Assembly (NCBI GenBank): GCA_049324475.1
Contig: JBMOOO010000001.1
Span: forward strand, 116,223 to 180,222
From: Pseudomonadota bacterium
GTDB taxonomy: Bacteria > Pseudomonadota > Gammaproteobacteria > Pseudomonadales > JADFDG01
DNA length: 64,000 nt
Direction of reading: 5' to 3'
In this document: one piece after another, positions 28,535-36,908 of the stretch
How the letters are laid out: each line of letters begins with the position of its first letter
Position numbering within the stretch: the stretch's first letter is position 1
Made by a program: the position numbers and the translations under genes
The notes under the pieces: model-generated
Told to the model about the DNA's origin: nothing
The model's input: only the letters and a program-made list of their open reading frames with translations
Databases searched by the model: none

Positions 28535-29398
28535 GTGCGTTTCCGGTTCCATCCCGTGCTCCGCCGGCTGTCTGCCGGCCTCCTGCTTGCCGTCCTGGCC
28601 CTGGCCGGTACCGGCTGTGCGTTGTCGCGGGTGGCCGACAACCTGCCCTACGGCATCCTCGACAGCGATGACCCCCAGCTGGTGGGCGACGCGCTGCCGG
28701 CCTACATCGTGACGGTCGACGGCCTGCTGGCCACCTGGCCGGACGACCCGGAACTGCTGCGGGCGTCGGCCTCCCTGTACGGGGCCTATGCCACGCTGGT
28801 GCCGGTAGGCCCCGAGCGGGCGGCAAAATTCAGTGCCCGTGCGCTGGAATCCGCGCTCAGGGCCGCCTGCGAGGAACGCAAGGACGCCTGCGGGCTGCGG
28901 GCGGCAAGTTTCCCCGAGTTCGAGGCGGTGGTAAAGGACACGGACAAGGGCGATCTGCCGCTGCTGTTCTCGCTCGGTGGTGCCTGGGCCGGCTACATCC
29001 AGAACCACAGTTCAGACTGGAGCGCGGTGGCCGAACTGGCCCGCGTGCAACTGATCTTCGAGCGCGTCGTGCAGCTGGATGCCGATTACGAGAAGGGCAT
29101 GCCGCAGCTGTATCTGGGCGTGATCAACAGCCTGTTGCCGCCGGCACTGGGCGGCAAGCCGGAAGTGGCGAAAACGTACTACGATGAAGCCCTCGCGCGT
29201 TCCGGTGGTCGCAATCTCTACGCCAAGATGCTGTATGCGCGGCAGTATGCGCGGCTGCTGTATGACCGGGAACTGCATGACCGCTTGCTGAACGAAGTGC
29301 TGGCTGCAGAGCCGCACCTGCATGGCTGGACACTGGCGAATGTCTACGCGCAGAGCGAAGCGCGCCGGTTGCTGGCGGAAGCCGACGATTATTTCTGA
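28535..29398 (+). CDS. TRAP-transporter T-component (TatT family) TPR-like lipoprotein
   Basis: No in-frame ATG before the lipobox. GTG at 28535 (alternative 28556) gives VRFRFHPVLRRLSAGLLLAVLALAGTGC. The helical-repeat body ends in LLAEADDYF. It lies directly upstream of dctPQM-type genes. Confidence 0.7.
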   Translation: MRFRFHPVLRRLSAGLLLAVLALAGTGCALSRVADNLPYGILDSDDPQLVGDALPAYIVTVDGLLATWPDDPELLRASASLYGAYATLVPVGPERAAKFSARALESALRAACEERKDACGLRAASFPEFEAVVKDTDKGDLPLLFSLGGAWAGYIQNHSSDWSAVAELARVQLIFERVVQLDADYEKGMPQLYLGVINSLLPPALGGKPEVAKTYYDEALARSGGRNLYAKMLYARQYARLLYDRELHDRLLNEVLAAEPHLHGWTLANVYAQSEARRLLAEADDYF

Positions 29399-29453
29399 CC
29401 GGCCGCCGCGCGCAGGCGCGTGCAGCCGTCCGGATCACTGAAGGAGTACGCGC

Positions 29454-30536
29454 ATGTTCCGCAGGTTGACGTGGTTGCCGGGCAAACCGGGCGTGCTGGC
29501 CGTGCTGCTGGCCGGCCTCGTGTGCACGACCGGTGCCGTTGCCGGGGATTTCACCTTCAAGATTTCGACGCTGTACCCCGACGGTACTGCCGTGGTCACC
29601 CGTCTGAAGCAGGCCGGTGCGGATATCGAGAAGCGCACCGGCGGTGCGGTGAAACTCAAGGTCTATGCCGGCGGTGTGCAGGGAGACGACGCCACTGTGC
29701 TGCGCAAGATCCGCACCGGCCAGCTGCACGGCGCGCTGACCCAGGGCGGTGCCGTGGCGCAGTTCTACAAGGACATACAGATCTACAACGTGCCGCTGGC
29801 CTTCCGTTCATACGAGGAAGTCGACTACGTGCGCGGAAAGATGGATGCGCAGCTGCGCGCGGAACTGGAGAAGGCTGGCTGGGTGTCGTTCGGCCTGGTG
29901 GAAGGCGGTTTTGCCTACGTCATGTCGAATGCGCCGGTGGCTTCCGTCGACGACCTGCGCAGGCAGAAACTGTGGGTGCCGGCCAACGATCCGGCCTCGG
30001 AGCAGGCGGCAAAAAGCTGGGGCATCTCGCCGATCGTGCTGCCCTACGGCGACGTACTGACATCGCTGCAGACCGGTGCCATCAACGCCGTCACGGTGCC
30101 GCCGACGGCGGCCATCGCCATGCAGTGGCACACGCGCGTCAAATACCGCAGCGACGTGCCACTGCTTTACACCTACGGCCTGATGACCATCAGCGACAAG
30201 TATTTCGGCAAGCTCGATGCCGGCCAGCAGCAGGCCGTGCGTGATGTGCTCGGTGCCGCTTTCGGCGAGCTGGACCGGCTCAACCGCAAGGACGGCATCG
30301 CTGCACTCGCTGCACTGGAAGGCAAGCTCGGCATCCAGTCCGTGAAGCCGGCGGCGGCGCAGTTCGCGCAGTGGGAACAGCTGGCGCAGAAAGCCACCGA
30401 CGACGTCGTGGCACGCGGTGAACTGTCGGCAAGCGCGCTGGCCCTGCTGCGCCGCAATCTCGCCGATTTCCGTGCCGGCAAGGGCGGCGCCACCGCTGCG
30501 GTGGCGCCGGCGAAAGCCGCCACCGTCACCCGCTGA
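29454..30536 (+). CDS. TRAP transporter substrate-binding protein (DctP family)
   Basis: Signal peptide, then a DctP-like pattern (FKISTLYPDGT...KLWVPANDPAS). Operon position between TatT and DctQ. Confidence 0.85.
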   Translation: MFRRLTWLPGKPGVLAVLLAGLVCTTGAVAGDFTFKISTLYPDGTAVVTRLKQAGADIEKRTGGAVKLKVYAGGVQGDDATVLRKIRTGQLHGALTQGGAVAQFYKDIQIYNVPLAFRSYEEVDYVRGKMDAQLRAELEKAGWVSFGLVEGGFAYVMSNAPVASVDDLRRQKLWVPANDPASEQAAKSWGISPIVLPYGDVLTSLQTGAINAVTVPPTAAIAMQWHTRVKYRSDVPLLYTYGLMTISDKYFGKLDAGQQQAVRDVLGAAFGELDRLNRKDGIAALAALEGKLGIQSVKPAAAQFAQWEQLAQKATDDVVARGELSASALALLRRNLADFRAGKGGATAAVAPAKAATVTR

Positions 30537-30552
30537 TTCCGCACGCCTGCGC

Positions 30553-31089
30553 ATGACCTCCGTGCCCGGCATCCTTCAGCACGCACAGCGTTCGCTGGCT
30601 GCGCTGTGGCGCGGCCTGCACCTGGTCGAGGATGTGACGCTGGTGCTGCTGTTGCTGATGATGATCCTGCTGGCGGTCGCGCAGATCGTGCTGCGCAACG
30701 CAGCCGACACCAGCCTGGTCTGGGTCGATCCCTTCCTGCGTGTGGCTGTGCTGTGGATGGCGCTGCTGGGTGCGTCGATCGCTGCCCGTGACAACGACCA
30801 CATTTCCATCGACGTGGCGACGCGTTACCTGCCGGACCGCTACGCACGCTGGCTGGCGGTGTTCACCTCGCTGTGCGCGACCGTGATCTGCGCCGTCATC
30901 GCCTGGTATGCGCTGCAGTTCGTACAGGGCGAGCGTGAGTACGGCAGCATGGCATTCGCCGCGGTGCCGGCCTGGGTCTGCCAGGCGGCGATCCCCGCAG
31001 CCTTCACCCTGATCGCGATCCGCTACCTGATCGTGGCCGTCGGCATCGGCAGCGGCCGCCGGCCGGTACACCGGGACGCACACCTGTGA
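30553..31089 (+). CDS. TRAP transporter small permease (DctQ family)
   Basis: ATG at 30553. Four predicted TM segments. The stop overlaps the dctM start (GTGA). Confidence 0.8.
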   Translation: MTSVPGILQHAQRSLAALWRGLHLVEDVTLVLLLLMMILLAVAQIVLRNAADTSLVWVDPFLRVAVLWMALLGASIAARDNDHISIDVATRYLPDRYARWLAVFTSLCATVICAVIAWYALQFVQGEREYGSMAFAAVPAWVCQAAIPAAFTLIAIRYLIVAVGIGSGRRPVHRDAHL

Positions 31090-32363
31090 ACGCCGTTCTC
31101 TCGGCTTTCGCTGTCGCCATCGGGCTGCTCGGCGCACCGCTGTTCGCGGTGATTGCCGCCGGGGCGCTGATCGGTTTCTGGGCCAGTGACATCGATCTGC
31201 AGACGGTCGCGATCGAGCTGTACCGCCTCACCGACACATCCGTGCTGCTGGCGCTGCCGCTGTTCACCTTCGCCGGTTATCTGTTGTCCGAGAGCCGGAC
31301 ATCGCACCGGCTGGTGCGCGTGACGCAGGCGCTGATGGGCTGGATGCCGGGCGGCCTGGCGCTGGTGGCGCTGATCACCTGCGCGCTGTTCACGGCCTTC
31401 TCCGGTGCCATGGGCGTCACCATCGTCGCCATCGGTGCGCTGCTGCTGCCGGCCCTGAAGGAGGCCGGCTACAAGGAGCGTTTCTCGATGGGGCTGGTGA
31501 CCACCACCGGCTCGCTGGGCCTGCTGTTGCCACCGGCGTTGCCACTGATCATCTACGGCGTGATCGTCCAGCAGATGGGCGTGCAGGGCGTGACCCTGGA
31601 GGACCTGTTCGTGGCCGGCATCCTGCCGGTGCTGGTGATGATCCTGGCGCTGTGGATCTACAGTCTGTGGGCCAACCGCGGCCAGCACATTCCGCTGATT
31701 CCGTTCAGCTGGCGCGAGGCGCGCGCTGCCCTGTGGGAGGCAAAGTGGGAACTGCCGTTGCCGCTGGTGGTGCTGGGCGGCATCTACGGCGGGTTCTTCG
31801 TGATCTCGGAGGCAGCGGCGGTGACGGCGCTGTACGCGCTGGTCGTGCAGGTGCTGGTGTACCGCGAGATTCCGGTGAAGCGCCTGCCGCACATCATGCG
31901 CGAGGCGATGGTGATGGTGGGCGGCGTGCTGATCATCATGGGCATGGCCATGGCCTTCGCCAACGTGCTGGTCGACGCTTCCGTGCCGGAGCAGCTGTTC
32001 GAGTTCATCCGCACGCACGTCGACAGCAAGGTCACCTTCCTGCTGTTGCTCAACGGGTTGCTGCTGGTGCTGGGCTGCATGCTGGAAATCTTCCCGGCGC
32101 TGATCATCATGGTGCCGCTGCTGGTGCCGGTGGCGCTGGGTTACGGCATCGATCCCGTGCACCTGGGCATCATCTTCCTGGCCAACATGCAGATCGGCTA
32201 CTTCATGCCGCCGGTGGGCATGAGCCTGTACATCGCCAGCTTCCGCTTCCGCAAGTCGATGGTCGATATCTGGACCTCGACCTTCCCGTTCTTCTTCGTG
32301 CTGCTGGCCGTGGTGCTGCTGATCACCTACGTGCCCTGGCTGAGCCTCGTTTTCGTCCGCTGA
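31086..32363 (+). CDS. TRAP transporter large permease (DctM family)
   Basis: 425 aa and about 12 TM segments. DctM-type motifs: LPLFTFAGYLL, GLLLPPALPLIIYG, GIIFLANMQIGYFMPPVGMSLY. Confidence 0.9.
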   Translation: MNAVLSAFAVAIGLLGAPLFAVIAAGALIGFWASDIDLQTVAIELYRLTDTSVLLALPLFTFAGYLLSESRTSHRLVRVTQALMGWMPGGLALVALITCALFTAFSGAMGVTIVAIGALLLPALKEAGYKERFSMGLVTTTGSLGLLLPPALPLIIYGVIVQQMGVQGVTLEDLFVAGILPVLVMILALWIYSLWANRGQHIPLIPFSWREARAALWEAKWELPLPLVVLGGIYGGFFVISEAAAVTALYALVVQVLVYREIPVKRLPHIMREAMVMVGGVLIIMGMAMAFANVLVDASVPEQLFEFIRTHVDSKVTFLLLLNGLLLVLGCMLEIFPALIIMVPLLVPVALGYGIDPVHLGIIFLANMQIGYFMPPVGMSLYIASFRFRKSMVDIWTSTFPFFFVLLAVVLLITYVPWLSLVFVR

Positions 32364-32387
32364 GCCGGAGCTGCTCCGGTCGCGCTC

Positions 32388-33062
32388 CTACAGCAACCCG
32401 CGTGCGTGCTCGAGCAGGTGCGGCTCTTCCTCGCCGAGCTGCTTGAGCGCACGCGACAGCGCGGCGTCGGCCGCCACCGGCCCGATGTACTCGCACAGCC
32501 CCATGTAGGCCAGGTTCAGCAGCCGCTGCATCTCGCCCGGGCCGGCACCGCCCAGGGTCAGCCGCGTCTGCTCCGACAGCCAGGCCTGCACCGCCGTGCG
32601 GGTGGCCAGCGGAATGCCGCTGCGCTCCAGCCGCTCCAGCAGGAACAGCCGCATTTTCAGGCGGGTGTCGGTGTCCAGCCCGCGCAGGATGCGGTGCAGC
32701 AGGCTGGCGCAGGCTCCCACCACCGGATCGCGGCTGTTGGCGGCGGAGGATGCTGCCTTGCCGCGTCGCATGCGATGCACCAGCAACTGCTCGCGCGGGT
32801 CCGGCAGCAGCGAGGCCGGCGGTGCCGACAGCATCTTCACCATGGTCTGCAGGATACGCACGCGCTGAGCGCGCAGCGCCGGCGTGTCGAGGATTTCCGA
32901 CAGGAACTTCTGCACGGAAAACGCCGCGTCGGCCGAATAGTTGTCCTCCCAGAGTGTCAGCGCTTCCCACAGCGCGTCCTCGTTGAGGAATTCGATCAGG
33001 GCGGTGTAGACGGCGCGGCGACGGTTTTCGAGTGACATGGGCAGGGCCCGCAGGTTGCTCAT
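32388..33062 (-). CDS. Hypothetical helical protein immediately downstream of amt
   Basis: 224-aa ORF 33 nt after the amt stop on the same strand, with coding-like GC3. No motif recognised. The start could be the second ATG (MSLENRR). Confidence 0.55.
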   Translation of the reverse strand: MSNLRALPMSLENRRRAVYTALIEFLNEDALWEALTLWEDNYSADAAFSVQKFLSEILDTPALRAQRVRILQTMVKMLSAPPASLLPDPREQLLVHRMRRGKAASSAANSRDPVVGACASLLHRILRGLDTDTRLKMRLFLLERLERSGIPLATRTAVQAWLSEQTRLTLGGAGPGEMQRLLNLAYMGLCEYIGPVAADAALSRALKQLGEEEPHLLEHARGLL

Positions 33063-33095
33063 GAAAGGGCTCGCACGTGTGGTTGGGCGTACATG

Positions 33096-34454
33096 TCAGC
33101 GATTGATCCTGTCCAGGGCGTCGGAGTCGTAGGCGCTCTGGCGCGAGAATTCCGGGTAGCCGATCTCGGCGTGTTCGGTGATGTCCAGGCCGCGCTGCTC
33201 GTGCAGCGGGTCCGCGCGCAGCCCGAAGAACAGCGCGATCAGGCCGTACATGAACAGGGCGGCAATGAACGTCCACAGGAAGCAGCTGCCGATGCCGATC
33301 AGCTGCACGATCACGCGGTTGGTGTTGAACGGGTCCTCGGCGAAGAACAGGCCGGCGGCGAGCGTGCCCCAGACGCCGCAGAATCCGTGCACGGCCACGG
33401 CACCGACCACGTCGTCCAGCCGCCAGGCATCGAGCAGGCGACAGCCGAGCACCACCACGATGCCGCCGATGAGGCCGGTGAGGATGGCCCAGTCCGGCGT
33501 GGTGGTGGCACAGCCGGCGGTGATCGCCACCAGGCCGCCGAGAATGCCGTTGATGATCATGGTCAGCAGCATCGGCTGGCCGATCAGCCGGCAGCCGACG
33601 ATGGCGCCGAGTGCGCCCGCCGCCGCCGCCAGTTGCGTGTTCAGGTTGATCAGGCCGATGTTCAGGCTGGCGCTGGCGGTGGAGCCGCCGTTGAAACCGA
33701 ACCAGCCGAACCACAGCAGGAAACCGCCCAGCGCCACCAGGTTCAGACTGTGCCCGGGCAGGGCATGCGGTGGCTGGTTGCGCGGGAAGCGGCCGAGACG
33801 CGGGCCGACCACGATGATGCCGGCCAGCGCACACCAGGCGCCGACACTGTGCACCACGGTCGAGCCGGCGAAGTCGATGAAACCGAGCTCCTGCAGCCAG
33901 CCCTTGCCGCCGTGGAAACCGCCCCAGGCCCAGCTGCCGAACACCGGATAAATGAAGGCGGTGATGCAGCCGGCGCCGATCAGGTAACCGAGAAAGCGCG
34001 TGCGTTCGGCCATGGCGCCGCTGGCAATGGTGGCGGCGGTGGCGGCAAACATCATCTGGAACAGCAGGAAGCTGTAACCCCAGGAATCCATCTGCACCGG
34101 CCAGAAATTATCCTCGCCGTGCAGACCGGTGTTGTTGACGCCGAACATCAGGCCATAGCCCACCATCCAGAACAGGATGGAACCCACGCAGCAGTCCATG
34201 ATGTTTTTCATCAGGATGTTGACGGAGTTCTTGGAGCGCGACAGCCCGCTTTCCAGGAAGGCAAAACCGGCCTGCATCAGGAACACCAGGGCGGCGGCGG
34301 TCATCAGCCAGGTGGTGTCTGCGCTTTTCTGGCTGGCAAACGCGGCGTCGTCACCCCAGGCGGCGCCCGGCAGCAGTGCCAGCGCGAACACGGTGGCCGT
34401 CAGCAGCGATGCGGGCGGGATGGCGCGGATGCGGATGGTGTGTGGCGAAGTCAC
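33096..34454 (-). CDS. amt: Ammonium transporter (Amt family) with signal peptide
   Basis: GTG at 34454 is preceded by GGAGAAGG. AALVFLMQAGFAFLESG, FAGSTVVH and AVHGFCGVWGTL are Amt signature motifs. Confidence 0.9.
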   Translation of the reverse strand: MTSPHTIRIRAIPPASLLTATVFALALLPGAAWGDDAAFASQKSADTTWLMTAAALVFLMQAGFAFLESGLSRSKNSVNILMKNIMDCCVGSILFWMVGYGLMFGVNNTGLHGEDNFWPVQMDSWGYSFLLFQMMFAATAATIASGAMAERTRFLGYLIGAGCITAFIYPVFGSWAWGGFHGGKGWLQELGFIDFAGSTVVHSVGAWCALAGIIVVGPRLGRFPRNQPPHALPGHSLNLVALGGFLLWFGWFGFNGGSTASASLNIGLINLNTQLAAAAGALGAIVGCRLIGQPMLLTMIINGILGGLVAITAGCATTTPDWAILTGLIGGIVVVLGCRLLDAWRLDDVVGAVAVHGFCGVWGTLAAGLFFAEDPFNTNRVIVQLIGIGSCFLWTFIAALFMYGLIALFFGLRADPLHEQRGLDITEHAEIGYPEFSRQSAYDSDALDRINR

Positions 34455-34505
34455 GTGCCTTCTCCGTTGAGGGCGTCCGTGCAGATGCAGTCTGACCGAG
34501 CCGAA

Positions 34506-34520
34506 GCAAGCAGCGTGCCA
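34506..34520 (-). promoter_or_regulatory. Sigma-54 (-24/-12) promoter for amt
   Basis: The minus strand reads TGGCACgctgcTTGC, an exact match to TGGCAC-N5-TTGC. It lies about 50 nt upstream of the amt GTG. Confidence 0.6.
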
Positions 34521-34651
34521 GCCGCCGTGTGGGCGTTTTCGGGCAAGAGTCGGCCCTGGCGGCCCGTGACGGGGCAGTCGATGTGCCCGGATGGCGGGTG
34601 CGCGCGCCATGAGCGGGCGCCGCGCCTCGTTTTTGGGCGGCGCGTTCTGCC

Positions 34652-36379
34652 CTAGGGCAGGTTTTCCGACGGTCGCAGCAGCCGGTAGCGTTCGCGCCGC
34701 GTGGTGTCGAGCACGGACTGGATGCGTGCGGCCGGCATGCCCAGCACCTGGAACAGGTGCGACACCAGCATCAGGCTGGCTTCCAGTGTTTCCGGCACCA
34801 CTTCCGTGGCGCCGGCCGCCTGCAGGTCCGCCAGGCCGGAATCGTCACGCGTGCGTACCAGGATCGGCACGTCGGCACGCAGCGAGCGGGCGTGGGCGAC
34901 GATGCGCAGCGCGGTGGGTACGTGGTCGAAGCTGATCACCAGCAGGGCCGCGCGTTCGATGCCGGCGGCGCGCAGCACGTCGCGCCGCACCGGGTCGCCG
35001 AAGTACACCGAGTCGCCGGTACGTTCCGCTTCCCGCACCCGCACCACGTCGGTGTCCAGCGCCACGAACGTCATTTTCTCTTCGCGCAGGAACCGCGCCA
35101 GTGTCTGGCCGACCCGGCCATAGCCGAGGATCACCACATGCCGGTCCAGCGGATCGCAGGCCTCGTGCAGCGGCAGGTCGACCGCTTCGTCGTCGCGCGG
35201 CTTGCCGGGCAGCCAGCGCAGCAGGGTATCGGCGATGGTTTCGCTGTGTCGCAGCAGCAGCGGTGTCAGTGCCATGCTGACCACGGTGGCCGCCACCAGC
35301 AGCGAGGCGATGTCGGCCGGCACCACGCGTTCGCGCGCCGCCAGTGCCAGCAGCGCGAAGAAAAACTCGCCGCCCTGCGCCAGCGCGAGGCCGGTACGCA
35401 GTGCGGTCTCCGGTGTTTCGCCGAGCGTGCGCGTCATGCCCGCGATCAGCACGCCCTTGAGCAGCACCAGCGCCAGACCCAGGCCGAGGATCGGCAGCCA
35501 GTTGGCCAGCAGCACATGGCCGTCCAGCAGCAGGCCGATGCTGATGAAGAACAGGCCGAGCAGCAGGTCGCGGAACGGGCGTATGTCCGATTCGATCTGG
35601 TGCCGGAAACGACTCTCGCCCAGCACCATGCCGGCGAGGAAAGCACCCAGCGCCATGCTCAGGCCGAGTGCCTGGGTGAGCCAGGCGGCCGTCAGCGCCA
35701 CCAGCAGCGCCGCCATCATGAACAGCTCTTCCGAGCGTGTGCGCGCCGTTTCTTCCAGTGCGCGCGGCAGCAGCCAGCGCCCGGCGGCGAGCATGCCGAG
35801 GAACAGTGCGGTGCCGGTCAGCAGCGGCGCCAGCAGGCGGCTGCCGGGAGAATCGCCGCTGTTGCCGGCGAGTACCGGCAGCGCGATCAGCAGTGCCACC
35901 GCAACGATGTCCTGGAACAGCAGGATCCCGATCGCGATCTGTCCGTAGCGGCTGTGCACCTGACCGGTGGTGACCAGTTCGCGCGACACGATGGCGGTGG
36001 AAGACATCGCCAGGCCGCCGGCGATCACGAAGGCGGCTACCGGCGTGAGCCCGGCCAGCAGTGCGAGCAGGAATACCAGTCCGCCGCACAGCAGCACCTG
36101 CAGGGCGCCGATGCCGAACACGGTGCCGCGCAGGGCGATCAACCGCGGCAGCGAGAATTCCAGGCCGAGCGTGAACAGCAGGAACACCACGCCGAATTCC
36201 GCCAGCGCGTGCAACTGGTCACCGGCACCGATCAGGGCGTAGCCACCGGGGCCGGCCAGCACGCCGGTGGCGAGGAAGGCGAGCAGCGGCGGCAGGTGCA
36301 GCCGGTGCAGGATCACCACCAGCACGACGGAGGCGCCGAGCAGCAGCAACAGCTGCTCGAACAGGCCTCCGTGGGTCAC
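34652..36379 (-). CDS. CPA2-family monovalent cation:proton antiporter with C-terminal RCK/TrkA-N domain (KefB/YbaL-like)
   Basis: About 12 TM Na_H_Exchanger-type segments, then VVILGYGRVGQTLARFL (Rossmann GxGxxG of TrkA-N). Confidence 0.9.
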   Translation of the reverse strand: MTHGGLFEQLLLLLGASVVLVVILHRLHLPPLLAFLATGVLAGPGGYALIGAGDQLHALAEFGVVFLLFTLGLEFSLPRLIALRGTVFGIGALQVLLCGGLVFLLALLAGLTPVAAFVIAGGLAMSSTAIVSRELVTTGQVHSRYGQIAIGILLFQDIVAVALLIALPVLAGNSGDSPGSRLLAPLLTGTALFLGMLAAGRWLLPRALEETARTRSEELFMMAALLVALTAAWLTQALGLSMALGAFLAGMVLGESRFRHQIESDIRPFRDLLLGLFFISIGLLLDGHVLLANWLPILGLGLALVLLKGVLIAGMTRTLGETPETALRTGLALAQGGEFFFALLALAARERVVPADIASLLVAATVVSMALTPLLLRHSETIADTLLRWLPGKPRDDEAVDLPLHEACDPLDRHVVILGYGRVGQTLARFLREEKMTFVALDTDVVRVREAERTGDSVYFGDPVRRDVLRAAGIERAALLVISFDHVPTALRIVAHARSLRADVPILVRTRDDSGLADLQAAGATEVVPETLEASLMLVSHLFQVLGMPAARIQSVLDTTRRERYRLLRPSENLP

Positions 36380-36388
36380 GGCGGTTCT

Positions 36389-36751
36389 TTATTTGGCAGC
36401 GGGTTTGGCGGGGGCGGCCGGTTTGGCGGCCGGCGGCGTCTTGCCGGCCTTGAGGGCGGCGATTTCATCCTGCAGCTGCTTGAGCAGGGCGTCCTTCTCC
36501 GCCACCAGTTTCCGGCTGGTCTGCAGCTGCGTTTCCAGCAGCTTCGTGCGCTCGGTCATTTCCTGTTTTTCGCGCGTCAGACGATCCTTTTCTTCGGCGG
36601 CCAGTGTCTTGCGGTCGGATGCCGACAGCGCCGGCTTGGCGGTGGCCTTGCCCGTTTTCGCGGCCGGGGCATCCGCCGCCGCCAGCGTGCCGCTGGCCAG
36701 CAGCGCGGCCACGGAGAGGAAGGCAGGGGCGAGGAGTGCCGGACGTTTCAT
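36389..36751 (-). CDS. Secreted coiled-coil protein with Lys/Pro/Ala tail
   Basis: Signal peptide MKRPALLAPAFLSVAALLASGTLAAA. A heptad-like EKDRLTREKQEMTERTKLLETQLQ region follows, then a KPAAPAKPAAK tail. It ends 9 nt before the antiporter start. Confidence 0.6.
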   Translation of the reverse strand: MKRPALLAPAFLSVAALLASGTLAAADAPAAKTGKATAKPALSASDRKTLAAEEKDRLTREKQEMTERTKLLETQLQTSRKLVAEKDALLKQLQDEIAALKAGKTPPAAKPAAPAKPAAK

Positions 36752-36908
36752 CGTGGGTCTATGCTCGGTGGGTCTGTACTTGTTTCTTGTTGTGCCGGTG
36801 TCGTTCCGGGCGGCGCTTGATCCGCGTCAGGGCCGGGCGCCGGAGGGCATCGCCGGCCGATGGTAGCATGGAGGCCCCGTAACGAAACCGGACAGGGTTC
36901 ACGCCGGC

